64,000 nucleotides of DNA. Source: a phage. The stretch lies in assembly GCA_026188615.1 (NCBI GenBank), contig GCA_026188615.1_4525.1; one strand, given 5' to 3'. Within the stretch, counting starts at the first letter, position 1. Each line of letters begins with the position of its first letter. A program made the position numbers and the translations under genes. Of this stretch, positions 39,159-47,880 are shown one piece after another. The notes beneath the pieces were generated by a model. The model was not told the origin of the DNA, made no database searches, and saw nothing but the letters and a program-made list of their open reading frames with translations.

Positions 39159-40160
39159 TTATTTCAGTAAAGTAACTTCCGAGATTTCCTCCCAACCATC
39201 TTTATCAGTTGAAATAAAATCTGCTACATAAAGAGCCGTACGTAATGATACATTGCGAAGACGAGATACGTTAGCCTTCATCCAGGACAATGCTTTATAC
39301 GTTTCTGCATCAGTCAGACCACGTTTCTGCATCATGTCAGTAGATAATATTACATCTTCAACTCGAACCATAATCTCTTCATTAGAGTGTACTCCAAGGT
39401 CGAGATACACTGAACGAGATACTAAAGCTTGAAGGTGTGGAGCAAGTTTCGAACCGCGTTCTAACTCTTTATCGATATCAACGTTTGTAATGAAAACGAT
39501 AGTACCTTCAAACTCAAATTCTTTATCAATACCCTTATCATCGAGATAAGATGACGCAGTGCTCCAACAAACTTTGCGTTTATCTCCAGTATCTAATGCT
39601 GCTTTAAGAAGATTCAAGATGTCCATATCTGAGAATACGTCAACGTCGTCGATTAAGAGAACGCTGTCTGCATCACGGTTGAGCCAAAGTTGTTCGTAAA
39701 GGCCAATACCGGAGATTTTACCATTAATGCTTTTGTATTTGATGAAACCATTATCATTAGCATTATTAAGTGCTTTATCCAGAGAATACGTCTTACCAAT
39801 ACCGGCTGCACCTGAAATAATGAGTGAACGAATTTTGCCATCGATAATGCCATTCGTCATCATGTTCATTACTTTAAAGCGTTTGTTGATACGAGTTTTC
39901 ATATCTTCAGTGCTTTCAACAACTGCAACTGGTGACGTCTCAACTCCTTCCATTACGATGTCTGATTTGAAGACCCATACTCCACGTTCAGAACCATCAA
40001 TCATAACGAAAATTTTACCGTCACCTAAGTGGGAACATTCAGGATTAAGCTTTGCCGGGAACCAGGTCTTTGTGGCAACATAAGAACCAGAGATTTCGTT
40101 ATTACGATAGATACCTTTTTTGATTTGAACGTTGAACATTTTATTCTCCAATTTACTCAT
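39159..40160 (-). CDS. AAA+ ATPase-like protein
   Basis: 333 aa; Walker A ISGAAGIGKTY, Walker B VLLIDDVD; unassigned ~110-aa N-terminal domain. Confidence 0.65.
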   Translation of the reverse strand: MSKLENKMFNVQIKKGIYRNNEISGSYVATKTWFPAKLNPECSHLGDGKIFVMIDGSERGVWVFKSDIVMEGVETSPVAVVESTEDMKTRINKRFKVMNMMTNGIIDGKIRSLIISGAAGIGKTYSLDKALNNANDNGFIKYKSINGKISGIGLYEQLWLNRDADSVLLIDDVDVFSDMDILNLLKAALDTGDKRKVCWSTASSYLDDKGIDKEFEFEGTIVFITNVDIDKELERGSKLAPHLQALVSRSVYLDLGVHSNEEIMVRVEDVILSTDMMQKRGLTDAETYKALSWMKANVSRLRNVSLRTALYVADFISTDKDGWEEISEVTLLK

Positions 40161-40177
40161 TTCGTTTCGATAGGTCT

Positions 40178-40206
40178 ATAATAACATATCCTAAAAGCAT
40201 GTACAC
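40178..40206 (-). promoter_or_regulatory. early-type promoter
   Basis: GTGTAC-N17-TATTAT upstream of AAA+ ATPase gene. Confidence 0.45.
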
Positions 40207-40236
40207 TACTTTTTAAAAATATTTTAACCCCCTAAA

Positions 40237-40252
40237 GGGACCCGAAGGTCCC
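40237..40252 (-). other. stem-loop GGGACC-CGAA-GGTCCC after secreted-protein gene
   Basis: 6-bp GC stem with tetraloop; not followed by a clean U tract. Confidence 0.4.
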
Positions 40253-40257
40253 CACAT

Positions 40258-40539
40258 TTACTTATCACACTTAGCAACATAATTAGGCATATCACAGAAT
40301 ACGGAGCGAGTAACTACTCGACCCTTTGACCATGCTTCAGTTGCTTGTCCGGCCGTGCTATTAATATAGTTTGATTTAATGTTCTCAATACCCTGAGAAT
40401 GTGATGCATTTACCGAACCATTGGAAGGCCCAGAAGACTGGTTACCACCAGCTCCTGCACTACCGCTGGCTGCACCCGTGGTAGCACCGACAGAGAATGC
40501 CATCATTACTGCGAATAAACCAATTACTAATTTTTTCAT
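40258..40539 (-). CDS. secreted Gly/Ser-rich small protein
   Basis: 93 aa; signal peptide MKKLVIGLFAVMMAFSVGA; two C-terminal Cys. Confidence 0.5.
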   Translation of the reverse strand: MKKLVIGLFAVMMAFSVGATTGAASGSAGAGGNQSSGPSNGSVNASHSQGIENIKSNYINSTAGQATEAWSKGRVVTRSVFCDMPNYVAKCDK

Positions 40540-40570
40540 ATTTACCTCAAGTTAATGGTTATTTATCTAT

Positions 40571-41560
40571 TTATTTATAGTAAGAATTATGATTTTCGAG
40601 ATAGACTTGCTCAAGGAAATCATCCCAGAAACTCATATCTACTTTTTGTTGCATACCATTCTTGGCAGCTTGTTCAGATGCTTGTTCAACTTGGTCAACG
40701 ATATCTTCTAGGAATTCTTGTACAGTTTTAAACGTATGTTTGCCAAGCTTAACATCGAGAATAAATGGAGCATCCTGAAGTGGGTAAACCAGGTCGCCGG
40801 TTTTGTAAATTTCCAATAATTGAAGTCCACCACGACATGCATGACTCAATGCTTTCCAGTCAATACCTTCGTTGGCTTCTGCCTTACGAGCACGTTCACC
40901 ATAGTTCTCTTCCAGTTTAACCAGGATGGCATTGAACTCTTTATTGGTTAACGTATCTTGGAATTTACGGTCTAACAGATTATAGAATGTTTGCTTACCT
41001 GTTTTCTCGTTTTCGGTTTCAACCCACGAAGCAAATTCACCTACAGGCAGAACATTCTTCATATGTGATAAACGAATTACTGCACCATTATCAAAGTATT
41101 GTCCCCATTCATTAGAACGTTTAAGGGCTTGTCGAAGAACAGCCAGTCGAGAACCCTTGACACCATATTTAGAAGCTTGCTTACGGACATACCCTAAATA
41201 AGATTTCATGTTAGTGGTATAGAAACGAGACCTGTTATCTTGAATATACTTCCATACATCAGGCAAATCAGATTTAACTACTAGACTTTGTGGAGTGTGA
41301 AGCATATCTAATGCGACGGTTTCACCATCCGCAGCTAGTTTAAAGAAATATTTGAGACTATATAACTCATGGTCCACGTCGTCTTTTGTGTTCTTAGAAG
41401 ATGTGTTATTCGTGTTCTTGCTCATATGTTCTTTAACGTTACCGGTCAAGATATCACGAGCATGAGGGACATAAATTTCTTTAAAATCAACGTCAGATTC
41501 TGGGGTAGACGTTCCATAAAGGTGGCTACCAAAGTAGCCTTTCATAATTGTTTTCATCAT
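40571..41560 (-). CDS. nucleotidyltransferase-fold protein (minimal NTase motif)
   Basis: 329 aa; GSHLYGTSTPESDVD fits G[SG]x9-13Dx[DE]. Confidence 0.6.
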   Translation of the reverse strand: MMKTIMKGYFGSHLYGTSTPESDVDFKEIYVPHARDILTGNVKEHMSKNTNNTSSKNTKDDVDHELYSLKYFFKLAADGETVALDMLHTPQSLVVKSDLPDVWKYIQDNRSRFYTTNMKSYLGYVRKQASKYGVKGSRLAVLRQALKRSNEWGQYFDNGAVIRLSHMKNVLPVGEFASWVETENEKTGKQTFYNLLDRKFQDTLTNKEFNAILVKLEENYGERARKAEANEGIDWKALSHACRGGLQLLEIYKTGDLVYPLQDAPFILDVKLGKHTFKTVQEFLEDIVDQVEQASEQAAKNGMQQKVDMSFWDDFLEQVYLENHNSYYK

Positions 41561-42030
41561 TTAGCCTTATATTCAAGAGTAGGACAGACTTTTTCTTTAC
41601 GAGCTTTAAGGTATTCGCCTATTAATGATTTCTTACGTTCAATAGGCTCAAGTCCATTTTTAATTCGTTCTTGGTTTTGCGCAATGAGCTCAATTTCTTT
41701 ATAATACTTCCGCTCTCTATATAAGTCGATTAGCCACGGTATGCCTAATACTAAAACTATAGAAATACCAACACATAATGCAATGAATAAAACACCTACA
41801 CCAATTGAGGCCGGAACCAATGACCATAAACTACTAAAGACAAAGAATTTAGTTAAAATTTCATGGCCAACGATTGTGGCCGCTGCTAAAATCGCAAATC
41901 CAATAATCGAAACAAACAATACCGGGAGAAACGTTTTCCAAAAATAAGCACACAACGTTTTCGGACGATTCCATGTACTATTAAACGCGGCATAAATTTT
42001 AAAGTGCCAAGAGTTTTCATTGATAATCAT
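41557..42030 (-). CDS. membrane protein
   Basis: 157-aa ORF, multiple TM segments. Confidence 0.5.
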   Translation of the reverse strand: MIINENSWHFKIYAAFNSTWNRPKTLCAYFWKTFLPVLFVSIIGFAILAAATIVGHEILTKFFVFSSLWSLVPASIGVGVLFIALCVGISIVLVLGIPWLIDLYRERKYYKEIELIAQNQERIKNGLEPIERKKSLIGEYLKARKEKVCPTLEYKAK

Positions 42031-42039
42031 AATAATTCC

Positions 42040-42570
42040 TTATTTCAAAGTTGGGATAATAGAATCGAGATAAGCTTTAAGAGCAACTGCTTCATCTTTG
42101 TCTAATGTAACGATATGTTGACGAAGGTCATCAATTTGGCGAATAACTACAACATCGCCATCTTCATAAGAAGGATTAACGCCTAGGACCGTTGTATAGT
42201 CAGGGCGGTCCTGATTTGTAATAAAAGCATTACGGCATTTAGCCCATTGAAGTTTAGCCTTTTTGGCCGTTTCAGATTCCATTAATTCTTTCACCTTAGT
42301 GACAAACGTTTTCCAATTATTAATAGAAAGGCATTCATCTTCTGTTTCGATATTAACCCCACTATAAAGACCGTGATAAAAACGAACTTGAAGGTCTTCA
42401 CCGATGTTAATTACAGATGCATGGCCGGGCGGATTGAGTTTCAAAATCTTGTCCAGTTCCATAGGAAGAATAGTAACAGAATCATCTTCTTGTGTCAGAA
42501 CATACACATAACCACGTTTTTCGATACATAAATCACCAAACAACTCGGTTGTTTCAATTACGGTTTTCAT
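42040..42570 (-). CDS. hypothetical protein
   Basis: Track ORF starts on TTG; ATG MKTVIETT at 42570 with RBS. Confidence 0.5.
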   Translation of the reverse strand: MKTVIETTELFGDLCIEKRGYVYVLTQEDDSVTILPMELDKILKLNPPGHASVINIGEDLQVRFYHGLYSGVNIETEDECLSINNWKTFVTKVKELMESETAKKAKLQWAKCRNAFITNQDRPDYTTVLGVNPSYEDGDVVVIRQIDDLRQHIVTLDKDEAVALKAYLDSIIPTLK

Positions 42571-42571
42571 A

Positions 42572-42751
42572 TTATTCACCAATTAAAGTTTCAACAAAAT
42601 TCACCAAATCATTCAGACAAGCATCAACCTGTTTTTCATAAAAGTCTTCGTTATCATTTACTGCATGATAAGCTACATCATTCAAATCTGAATCGGCTTC
42701 ACGTAAGTTACGGATAAGTTCCATCAATTTATTAGCTTGTTCACGGGTCAT
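42572..42751 (-). CDS. small ORF (59 aa), not in ORF track
   Basis: MTREQANKLMELIRNLREADSDLNDVAYHAV...; ATGA overlap with upstream 36-aa ORF. Confidence 0.35.
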   Translation of the reverse strand: MTREQANKLMELIRNLREADSDLNDVAYHAVNDNEDFYEKQVDACLNDLVNFVETLIGE

Positions 42752-42858
42752 TTTACCATACTCGTTTCAATAAGATTCACTACGCCGTTTACCATGTTAT
42801 AAGTAAACATCGGATAATTGTATTGTACTACAACATAAGCGATAAGCAAAAGTTTCAT
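42748..42858 (-). CDS. small ORF (36 aa), not in ORF track
   Basis: MKLLLIAYVVVQYNYPMF...; just downstream of an early promoter. Confidence 0.3.
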   Translation of the reverse strand: MKLLLIAYVVVQYNYPMFTYNMVNGVVNLIETSMVK

Positions 42859-42886
42859 TTTGTTCTCCGTTCGTTTTGGTAGGACT

Positions 42887-42916
42887 ACTATAACATAATC
42901 CTACCAAGATGTAAAC
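42887..42916 (-). promoter_or_regulatory. early-type promoter
   Basis: GTTTAC-N18-TATAGT with flanking dyad TAGGACT/AGTCCTA. Confidence 0.55.
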
Positions 42917-43149
42917 TACCGATTGTGTTTTAAATGTTGATAAAGTTCTTCAACTTGTTTATGGTCCAAAACAATTAGGTCATTTTCTTGGCGAAGATAA
43001 ATCCATCCCTTATCACCAGGGCCATTTTTACAAAACATCACCACCGTATCATCATCTTCAGCGCTTTCAGGTAAAAGTTCAAGTACACCGTCTTCAGATT
43101 TTCCAGTATAATCGTAAAGCATAATATCCTCACATAATCTCGTTAACAT
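42916..43149 (-). CDS. hypothetical protein
   Basis: 77-aa ORF. Confidence 0.45.
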   Translation of the reverse strand: MLTRLCEDIMLYDYTGKSEDGVLELLPESAEDDDTVVMFCKNGPGDKGWIYLRQENDLIVLDHKQVEELYQHLKHNR

Positions 43150-43309
43150 ACATTTGCAATTCGGTGTGGGTGTCAGCCATCTTTTTCATTGCCTTATTGA
43201 TATCAATATCGCCATCTTCGCACCCATGGGCATTCTCCCAATCAGATACGGCATTAGCGTACTCTTCAATCAAAAACATTAACTTAGAAATTTTTTCTTT
43301 ACGTGACAT
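43130..43309 (-). CDS. hypothetical protein
   Basis: Internal ATG MSRKEK; track ORF extends into the promoter. Confidence 0.4.
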   Translation of the reverse strand: MSRKEKISKLMFLIEEYANAVSDWENAHGCEDGDIDINKAMKKMADTHTELQMYVNEIM

Positions 43310-43336
43310 AACGTTCTCCTCTAGTAAGTAAAGACT

Positions 43337-43365
43337 ACTATAACACAACCTGCGGAGAAGTAAAC
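43337..43365 (-). promoter_or_regulatory. early-type promoter
   Basis: GTTTAC-N17-TATAGT immediately after terminator 43376..43404. Confidence 0.55.
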
Positions 43366-43375
43366 TGATAGATAC

Positions 43376-43404
43376 AAAAAAGCCCCAACCATAAGGAAGG
43401 GGCT
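43376..43404 (-). terminator. rho-independent terminator
   Basis: AGCCCC...GGGGCT stem with internal GNRA-like loop, then T5 on minus strand; after rI. Confidence 0.65.
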
Positions 43405-43410
43405 AGTAAA

Positions 43411-43713
43411 TTAGATAGATGTAGGCTCTAATTTTATTTTCATGAACTCGGCAAATTGTTTGGCAGTTTTTATGCCTTGTTCATGACATTCAAATGCATC
43501 ATCACAGGGGCTATTTTTGTAATGCTTTGCCATATACTTATAGAATTTTTCAGAGTTCTCGACATTTTGAATTTCAAACAAAGTGTATACGTTTTTAATC
43601 CCTGATTCCATAAAGTTATCAAAGTATGGGTCAACATATGCAGTACCAACGATAGGAGTTGTTGCTGCAAAAAACCCAAGCATCGCCATGACAGCTATCG
43701 CTCTTAAGGCCAT
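43411..43713 (-). CDS. rI: lysis inhibition regulator RI
   Basis: 100 aa; signal anchor then VDPYFDNFMESGIKNVYTLFE...PCDDAFEC matches T4 RI. Confidence 0.85.
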   Translation of the reverse strand: MALRAIAVMAMLGFFAATTPIVGTAYVDPYFDNFMESGIKNVYTLFEIQNVENSEKFYKYMAKHYKNSPCDDAFECHEQGIKTAKQFAEFMKIKLEPTSI

Positions 43714-43725
43714 ATAGGCCTCCTG

Positions 43726-43938
43726 TTAATTTTGGCCAGTATTTATTTTTCGCCTTTGGACGGCCTTAACATCTGCGAGGTATTTTTCCAGCTTGCGCTT
43801 GCGTGTATAATCAGCTTTAGAACCAGTTTGACGAATATCCTCGTTTAAATGAGAAATAGAATGTCCTAATTCTCTTCGGATTTCGTCCAATTGGGTTACA
43901 GTAAGATTACGAAGTTGTCTTTCGTTTAATTGCTGCAT
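43726..43938 (-). CDS. hypothetical protein
   Basis: 70-aa ORF; late-promoter-like TATAAATA upstream. Confidence 0.5.
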   Translation of the reverse strand: MQQLNERQLRNLTVTQLDEIRRELGHSISHLNEDIRQTGSKADYTRKRKLEKYLADVKAVQRRKINTGQN

Positions 43939-43962
43939 ATATACCTCTTGGTTAGATATTAG

Positions 43963-43970
43963 TATTTATA
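43963..43970 (-). promoter_or_regulatory. late-promoter-like TATAAATA
   Basis: Exact TATAAATA on minus strand 24 nt upstream of ORF 43726..43938. Confidence 0.45.
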
Positions 43971-44547
43971 ACAACCCTGTCAAATCATTCCAATGCTTCC
44001 GGCATAATGACACGTATCTATCAGTATCACCAATTTCAATTTGACTGCCATCTGTAATTGGAAGTCCGTCTTCCGTGACTCTAGCTACCATTGTGGCTTT
44101 TTTACCGCAATGACAGACACCTTTAAGTTCAACAAGCTTATCAGCAATAGCCATTAATGCTTGAGAACCTTCAAATAGATTACCTTTAAAATCTGTTCGT
44201 AGTCCGTATGCCATTACCGGCACATTGTATACGTCAACAATACGACTAAGTTGATACACCTTTTCAGTAGTTAAGAACTGAGCTTCGTCAACAAATACAC
44301 AGTGAATATCCTTTTGTGCTGCAGCCCATTTATAAAATTCAAAGATATCCATGTCTTTTGTAATTATATTGGCATCCTGACGAATACCAATACGGGAGAC
44401 TATTTCACCTTTTGAATCGCGAGTATCAATAGCCGGTTTAAGAACTAATACACCCATGCCACGTTCTTTATAGTTATGTGCGGCAGTAAGTAATGAAGCG
44501 GACTTACCAGCGTTCATAGCGGCATAGGTAAAAATTAAACTAGCCAT
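43966..44547 (-). CDS. tk: thymidine kinase
   Basis: 193 aa; Walker A YAAMNAGKSASLL, C-terminal Zn site CHCGKKA...CRKH. Confidence 0.93.
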   Translation of the reverse strand: MASLIFTYAAMNAGKSASLLTAAHNYKERGMGVLVLKPAIDTRDSKGEIVSRIGIRQDANIITKDMDIFEFYKWAAAQKDIHCVFVDEAQFLTTEKVYQLSRIVDVYNVPVMAYGLRTDFKGNLFEGSQALMAIADKLVELKGVCHCGKKATMVARVTEDGLPITDGSQIEIGDTDRYVSLCRKHWNDLTGLL

Positions 44548-44556
44548 AAGAGTCCC

Positions 44557-44739
44557 TTATAGTGAATTCACGTAGTCAATGAGTTCTTGTTCTTTCCTGT
44601 CAAATGATTCCATCAATGCTTGATATTCTTCGTCTGTTAAAGGAGCATATTCATCGTACGCATTGGTGGCTGCTTGCTCATCCAATAGGTCATGGATAAG
44701 TTCGAACAGTTTAGTTTTCTCTTCTTTAGTCAATTTCAT
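44557..44739 (-). CDS. hypothetical protein
   Basis: 60-aa ORF. Confidence 0.4.
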   Translation of the reverse strand: MKLTKEEKTKLFELIHDLLDEQAATNAYDEYAPLTDEEYQALMESFDRKEQELIDYVNSL

Positions 44740-44957
44740 TTAGGTTCACCTTCTTTAACGAAATCTGGGTAAGGGTAAAATCCTGAGTAAAACCCTTCAC
44801 CTTTATGATTGCTACAACCTTTGTTCGAACAGTAACACCAATAATCAAAATCACAAGCCATTTCGTCATTGCATAAAGCAAAAACTACAGGCCATTCGCA
44901 TTTTTCGCATTTAGCACCTGTAAGAATTTTTGTTTGGCTCATAACAATGGTTCCCAA
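44736..44957 (-). CDS. Cys-rich small protein
   Basis: 73 aa with 8 Cys (CEKCEW...CNDEMAC...CYCSNKGC). Confidence 0.45.
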   Translation of the reverse strand: MGTIVMSQTKILTGAKCEKCEWPVVFALCNDEMACDFDYWCYCSNKGCSNHKGEGFYSGFYPYPDFVKEGEPK

Positions 44958-45439
44958 TCAACAATCACAATTTCTAGTTTAGTGGAATACGTATCTAAAA
45001 TCTCTTCGATGACATCCCAGTTTCCACCACCACCAATACCTGCACCAATTCTTGGCATATAAATTACAGGCTTTGTTATCTTATTTTTTCCGAATTCATT
45101 TAATTCTATTATACAATTCATTAAAGCAGAGTACTCAAAATTAGGTCCCGGCTCAAACTGTGTATAAAGATTAAAGCAATAAGCTTTATGGGTCTTAAAA
45201 TATTTTTCATAAACCGAATAAGTCCCGAGTTTAGACTTGTCTCCGAATTCGGTTTGAAGTTTATCGGCTTCCAGAATTTTTGGATAAGCCTTTGCTAATT
45301 GTCCTGCCACACCAGCACCCATTGTATGAAAACAATTGCACCCATGAGCAATATTATTACCTTTAGAAAACAGGGCGACAATATCGCCCTTGATATAGTT
45401 TTTAATCACTTGCTGCAAGTCCTCTAGTATAAGAGTCAA
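44939..45439 (-). CDS. macro-domain protein (TARG1/OARD1- or DarG-like)
   Basis: 166 aa; NIAHGCNCFHTMGAGVAG and YMPRIGAGIGGG resemble TARG1 motifs AHCISEDCRMGAGIA and MPRIGCGLD. Confidence 0.65.
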   Translation of the reverse strand: MTLILEDLQQVIKNYIKGDIVALFSKGNNIAHGCNCFHTMGAGVAGQLAKAYPKILEADKLQTEFGDKSKLGTYSVYEKYFKTHKAYCFNLYTQFEPGPNFEYSALMNCIIELNEFGKNKITKPVIYMPRIGAGIGGGGNWDVIEEILDTYSTKLEIVIVDWEPLL

Positions 45440-45749
45440 CTAGGCGGTCTACCATAGAATTGCATGCTGCCTTATCTTTAGGTTCCGCCACCGAGCATTC
45501 TAATATTTGCCATTTTTTATGATATCGTTTAATTAAGGTAGACGCCTTGAACCTACTAGACGCCCCATCTTTTTCTCCGTCTTTATATGCGTATAACAAT
45601 TTTTGTGAAAAATCTACTTTACACTCTTGACTTTTACCACAATAATCAGACGCCGTTCTGTTTGTATACTCCGTTACATCAGTATATGTAGTATTAGCAA
45701 GAGCGTTAAATGAAACCAAGCCAACTATTAAAGCCAACATTTTGGTCAT
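45402..45749 (-). CDS. secreted Cys-containing protein
   Basis: 115 aa; signal peptide MTKMLALIVGLVSFNALA. Confidence 0.5.
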   Translation of the reverse strand: MTKMLALIVGLVSFNALANTTYTDVTEYTNRTASDYCGKSQECKVDFSQKLLYAYKDGEKDGASSRFKASTLIKRYHKKWQILECSVAEPKDKAACNSMVDRLVDSYTRGLAASD

Positions 45750-46288
45750 TCTTTTATTTCCAGTAGTTTATTTGATTTAAGGTAATTAGCCTTTTCTAGG
45801 ACTTCAGAAGCATATTTACTTCCAGCACTTGTCTTCCATCCCGCATTATATGAGGATATAGCTTTTCTTATATCCCCGTTATGTATATTTAACCAATAAG
45901 AAAATTCGATATAAGCCCATCTGGCTGAATTAGACCGCTTAGATAGCATTTTCTTAATTTGGGCATCAGTCATATTATAACCAAGTTGGTTAATTCTTGC
46001 CCTCATTGTTGGTAGATAATTTTGGAACATTCCATACGCATGGTGACCTTTCTTATCTTTAAGATTAATACCGGCAGATGATTCCTGCCATAGTATTGCG
46101 GCCATTATGTATCCAAGTCCTTTCTTATGCATATTTTCATGCGTTTTAAATTTTCCGTCCTTAGAAAACTGTTCCCCAAACTGATAAGCATAATTCAAGT
46201 TATCGAGTTGGACATTACTAAAAGTATGCTCGGAGCTATGTGCTGATAACGAAAGAGCAAATAGACCAGCGAGTAGTGCTTTTCTCAT
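45746..46288 (-). CDS. soluble lytic transglycosylase-like protein (vs.1-like)
   Basis: 180 aa; signal peptide; SLT motifs WQESS, YGMFQ, SYNAG. Confidence 0.7.
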   Translation of the reverse strand: MRKALLAGLFALSLSAHSSEHTFSNVQLDNLNYAYQFGEQFSKDGKFKTHENMHKKGLGYIMAAILWQESSAGINLKDKKGHHAYGMFQNYLPTMRARINQLGYNMTDAQIKKMLSKRSNSARWAYIEFSYWLNIHNGDIRKAISSYNAGWKTSAGSKYASEVLEKANYLKSNKLLEIKE

Positions 46289-46296
46289 GTTTACCT

Positions 46297-46755
46297 CTAG
46301 ATTTTAATCACTGCTTTAGAAGCTTTTCCTGGTAGTCGTTTATTGTTAATAATAGCCATTCTGCATTGAAGAGTCTTCATTTTGAATGCCGGATTTTCGC
46401 GACAAACTGTAAGTCCTAACCAAAGATTTCCGTCAGTTATTTCTAAACGGCCCGGGCGATATTCGACACCTTCGTCAAAATCTTCATCAACATCTGGACG
46501 TGCCGGCATTGATAAAAATTCTGCAACTTCTTTAACATGATTTTTTACTTTATGAAATAATTCAAAAACGTAATTCTCATCTATTTCTCTCTGGATGGCA
46601 CGATCTAAGAGATGTTGAGAATACTTGATATGAAAGCCTGGTAGTCCAAGAGACTTTGCAGCATCTTTTATACTGGCATTTATTTTGCGGAACTCCGTTT
46701 CAAAGATTCGACGGAGTTTATTGCGGCGGATAAAAACGTCTGAATTGATAGTCAT
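46297..46755 (-). CDS. regB: RegB endoribonuclease-like
   Basis: 152 aa; size and position as T4 regB; sequence similarity recalled only weakly. Confidence 0.6.
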   Translation of the reverse strand: MTINSDVFIRRNKLRRIFETEFRKINASIKDAAKSLGLPGFHIKYSQHLLDRAIQREIDENYVFELFHKVKNHVKEVAEFLSMPARPDVDEDFDEGVEYRPGRLEITDGNLWLGLTVCRENPAFKMKTLQCRMAIINNKRLPGKASKAVIKI

Positions 46756-46783
46756 TTTGATTTCTCCTCTAGTTGACAGGTCT

Positions 46784-46812
46784 ATAGTAACACAACTAGA
46801 GGAGAAGTAAAC
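46784..46812 (-). promoter_or_regulatory. early-type promoter upstream of regB
   Basis: GTTTAC-N17-TACTAT. Confidence 0.5.
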
Positions 46813-46816
46813 TACT

Positions 46817-47032
46817 TTATTGATAAAATGGAGTTAAAGCCCAAGATTCTTTAGATACTATATTGGCGAAACGCCTCATCTCTTCGATTTGGCGACGACG
46901 CTGGTCAGCATAGTCTTCTTCGCCTTCTTCCTTACAATCTTCAAGGTCTTCTTCAAGATACTTTAAGTATTCACTACAAATTTTGTTGACCTTTTCTTGA
47001 AAGTCCAATAACCCAGTAATAGTAGAAGCCAT
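46817..47032 (-). CDS. hypothetical protein
   Basis: 71-aa ORF. Confidence 0.45.
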   Translation of the reverse strand: MASTITGLLDFQEKVNKICSEYLKYLEEDLEDCKEEGEEDYADQRRRQIEEMRRFANIVSKESWALTPFYQ

Positions 47033-47466
47033 TAGTATTTTTCCTCAGGACGAAATACTGCACGACACGCCCACATGCTGGCTTCTTTTAGATGTTGCTT
47101 AGCATACTTAAGAGCCTGCACTGCATCCATATCTTCTTTGGTTTGTTCCTCTGTTTCATTTTCTTTCAAGATATATGCTTCTTCAATCAGAGCATCAAAC
47201 AACAATCCAAGACGGACTTCGGCATCTTTAATAGCGTTCACTTTACTGATTTTATCATCGGTATGCGGCTTGTAGCCTTTGATGTCTTCAATCGACATAA
47301 GGAATTTCCTCATCGGTGGCAAGGTCGTATTCGACCAATTGGATAGGCTCATTAATACCATATCCACGTACAGTGATATCAGTTGTCGGATAGTTTCCAG
47401 TAATATCACCCATTCTAAATGCTTCAATGAATGATTGCTCGCCTGAGCAACTAAACCAGGCGGCAA
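47032..47466 (-). CDS. hypothetical protein (start uncertain)
   Basis: 144-aa ORF; upstream part overlaps 47288..47512 in another frame. Confidence 0.35.
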   Translation of the reverse strand: MPPGLVAQASNHSLKHLEWVILLETIRQLISLYVDMVLMSLSNWSNTTLPPMRKFLMSIEDIKGYKPHTDDKISKVNAIKDAEVRLGLLFDALIEEAYILKENETEEQTKEDMDAVQALKYAKQHLKEASMWACRAVFRPEEKY

Positions 47467-47512
47467 AACATTTTAAAACATCTTCGGACCCTTCTATAAT
47501 CAATTTAGCCAT
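47288..47512 (-). CDS. hypothetical protein
   Basis: 74-aa ORF abutting grcA. Confidence 0.4.
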   Translation of the reverse strand: MAKLIIEGSEDVLKCFAAWFSCSGEQSFIEAFRMGDITGNYPTTDITVRGYGINEPIQLVEYDLATDEEIPYVD

Positions 47513-47874
47513 TATAGACTCTCAGTAAAGGTACGAGCGATAACGTCACGCTGCTGTTCCGGAGTCAGAGAGTTAAAGCGAACTGCATAACCGGATACAC
47601 GGATGGTCAGCTGCGGATATTTTTCCGGATGCTTAACTGCATCTTCCAGAGTTTCACGACGCAGAACGTTAACGTTCAGGTGTTGACCACCTTCAATTTT
47701 AACTTTAGGTTGATGTTCAATTTCAATTTCACGGGCATTCAAACCGTAGAAAATTTCTGGATCTACAATAGCGTCTTCTTTAAAAGTCTTAGAGACAATA
47801 ATCCGGGCTTGAGTACCGTCTTCAAAATAAATAGTGCCTTTGTGTGCACCTTCAAGAATTTGATATGCTTTCAT
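47512..47874 (-). CDS. grcA: autonomous glycyl radical cofactor GrcA/YfiD homolog
   Basis: 120 aa; C-terminal [60 protein letters not shown] matches E. coli GrcA from memory; locally GC-rich. Confidence 0.85.
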   Translation of the reverse strand: MKAYQILEGAHKGTIYFEDGTQARIIVSKTFKEDAIVDPEIFYGLNAREIEIEHQPKVKIEGGQHLNVNVLRRETLEDAVKHPEKYPQLTIRVSGYAVRFNSLTPEQQRDVIARTFTESL

Positions 47875-47880
47875 ATAACC

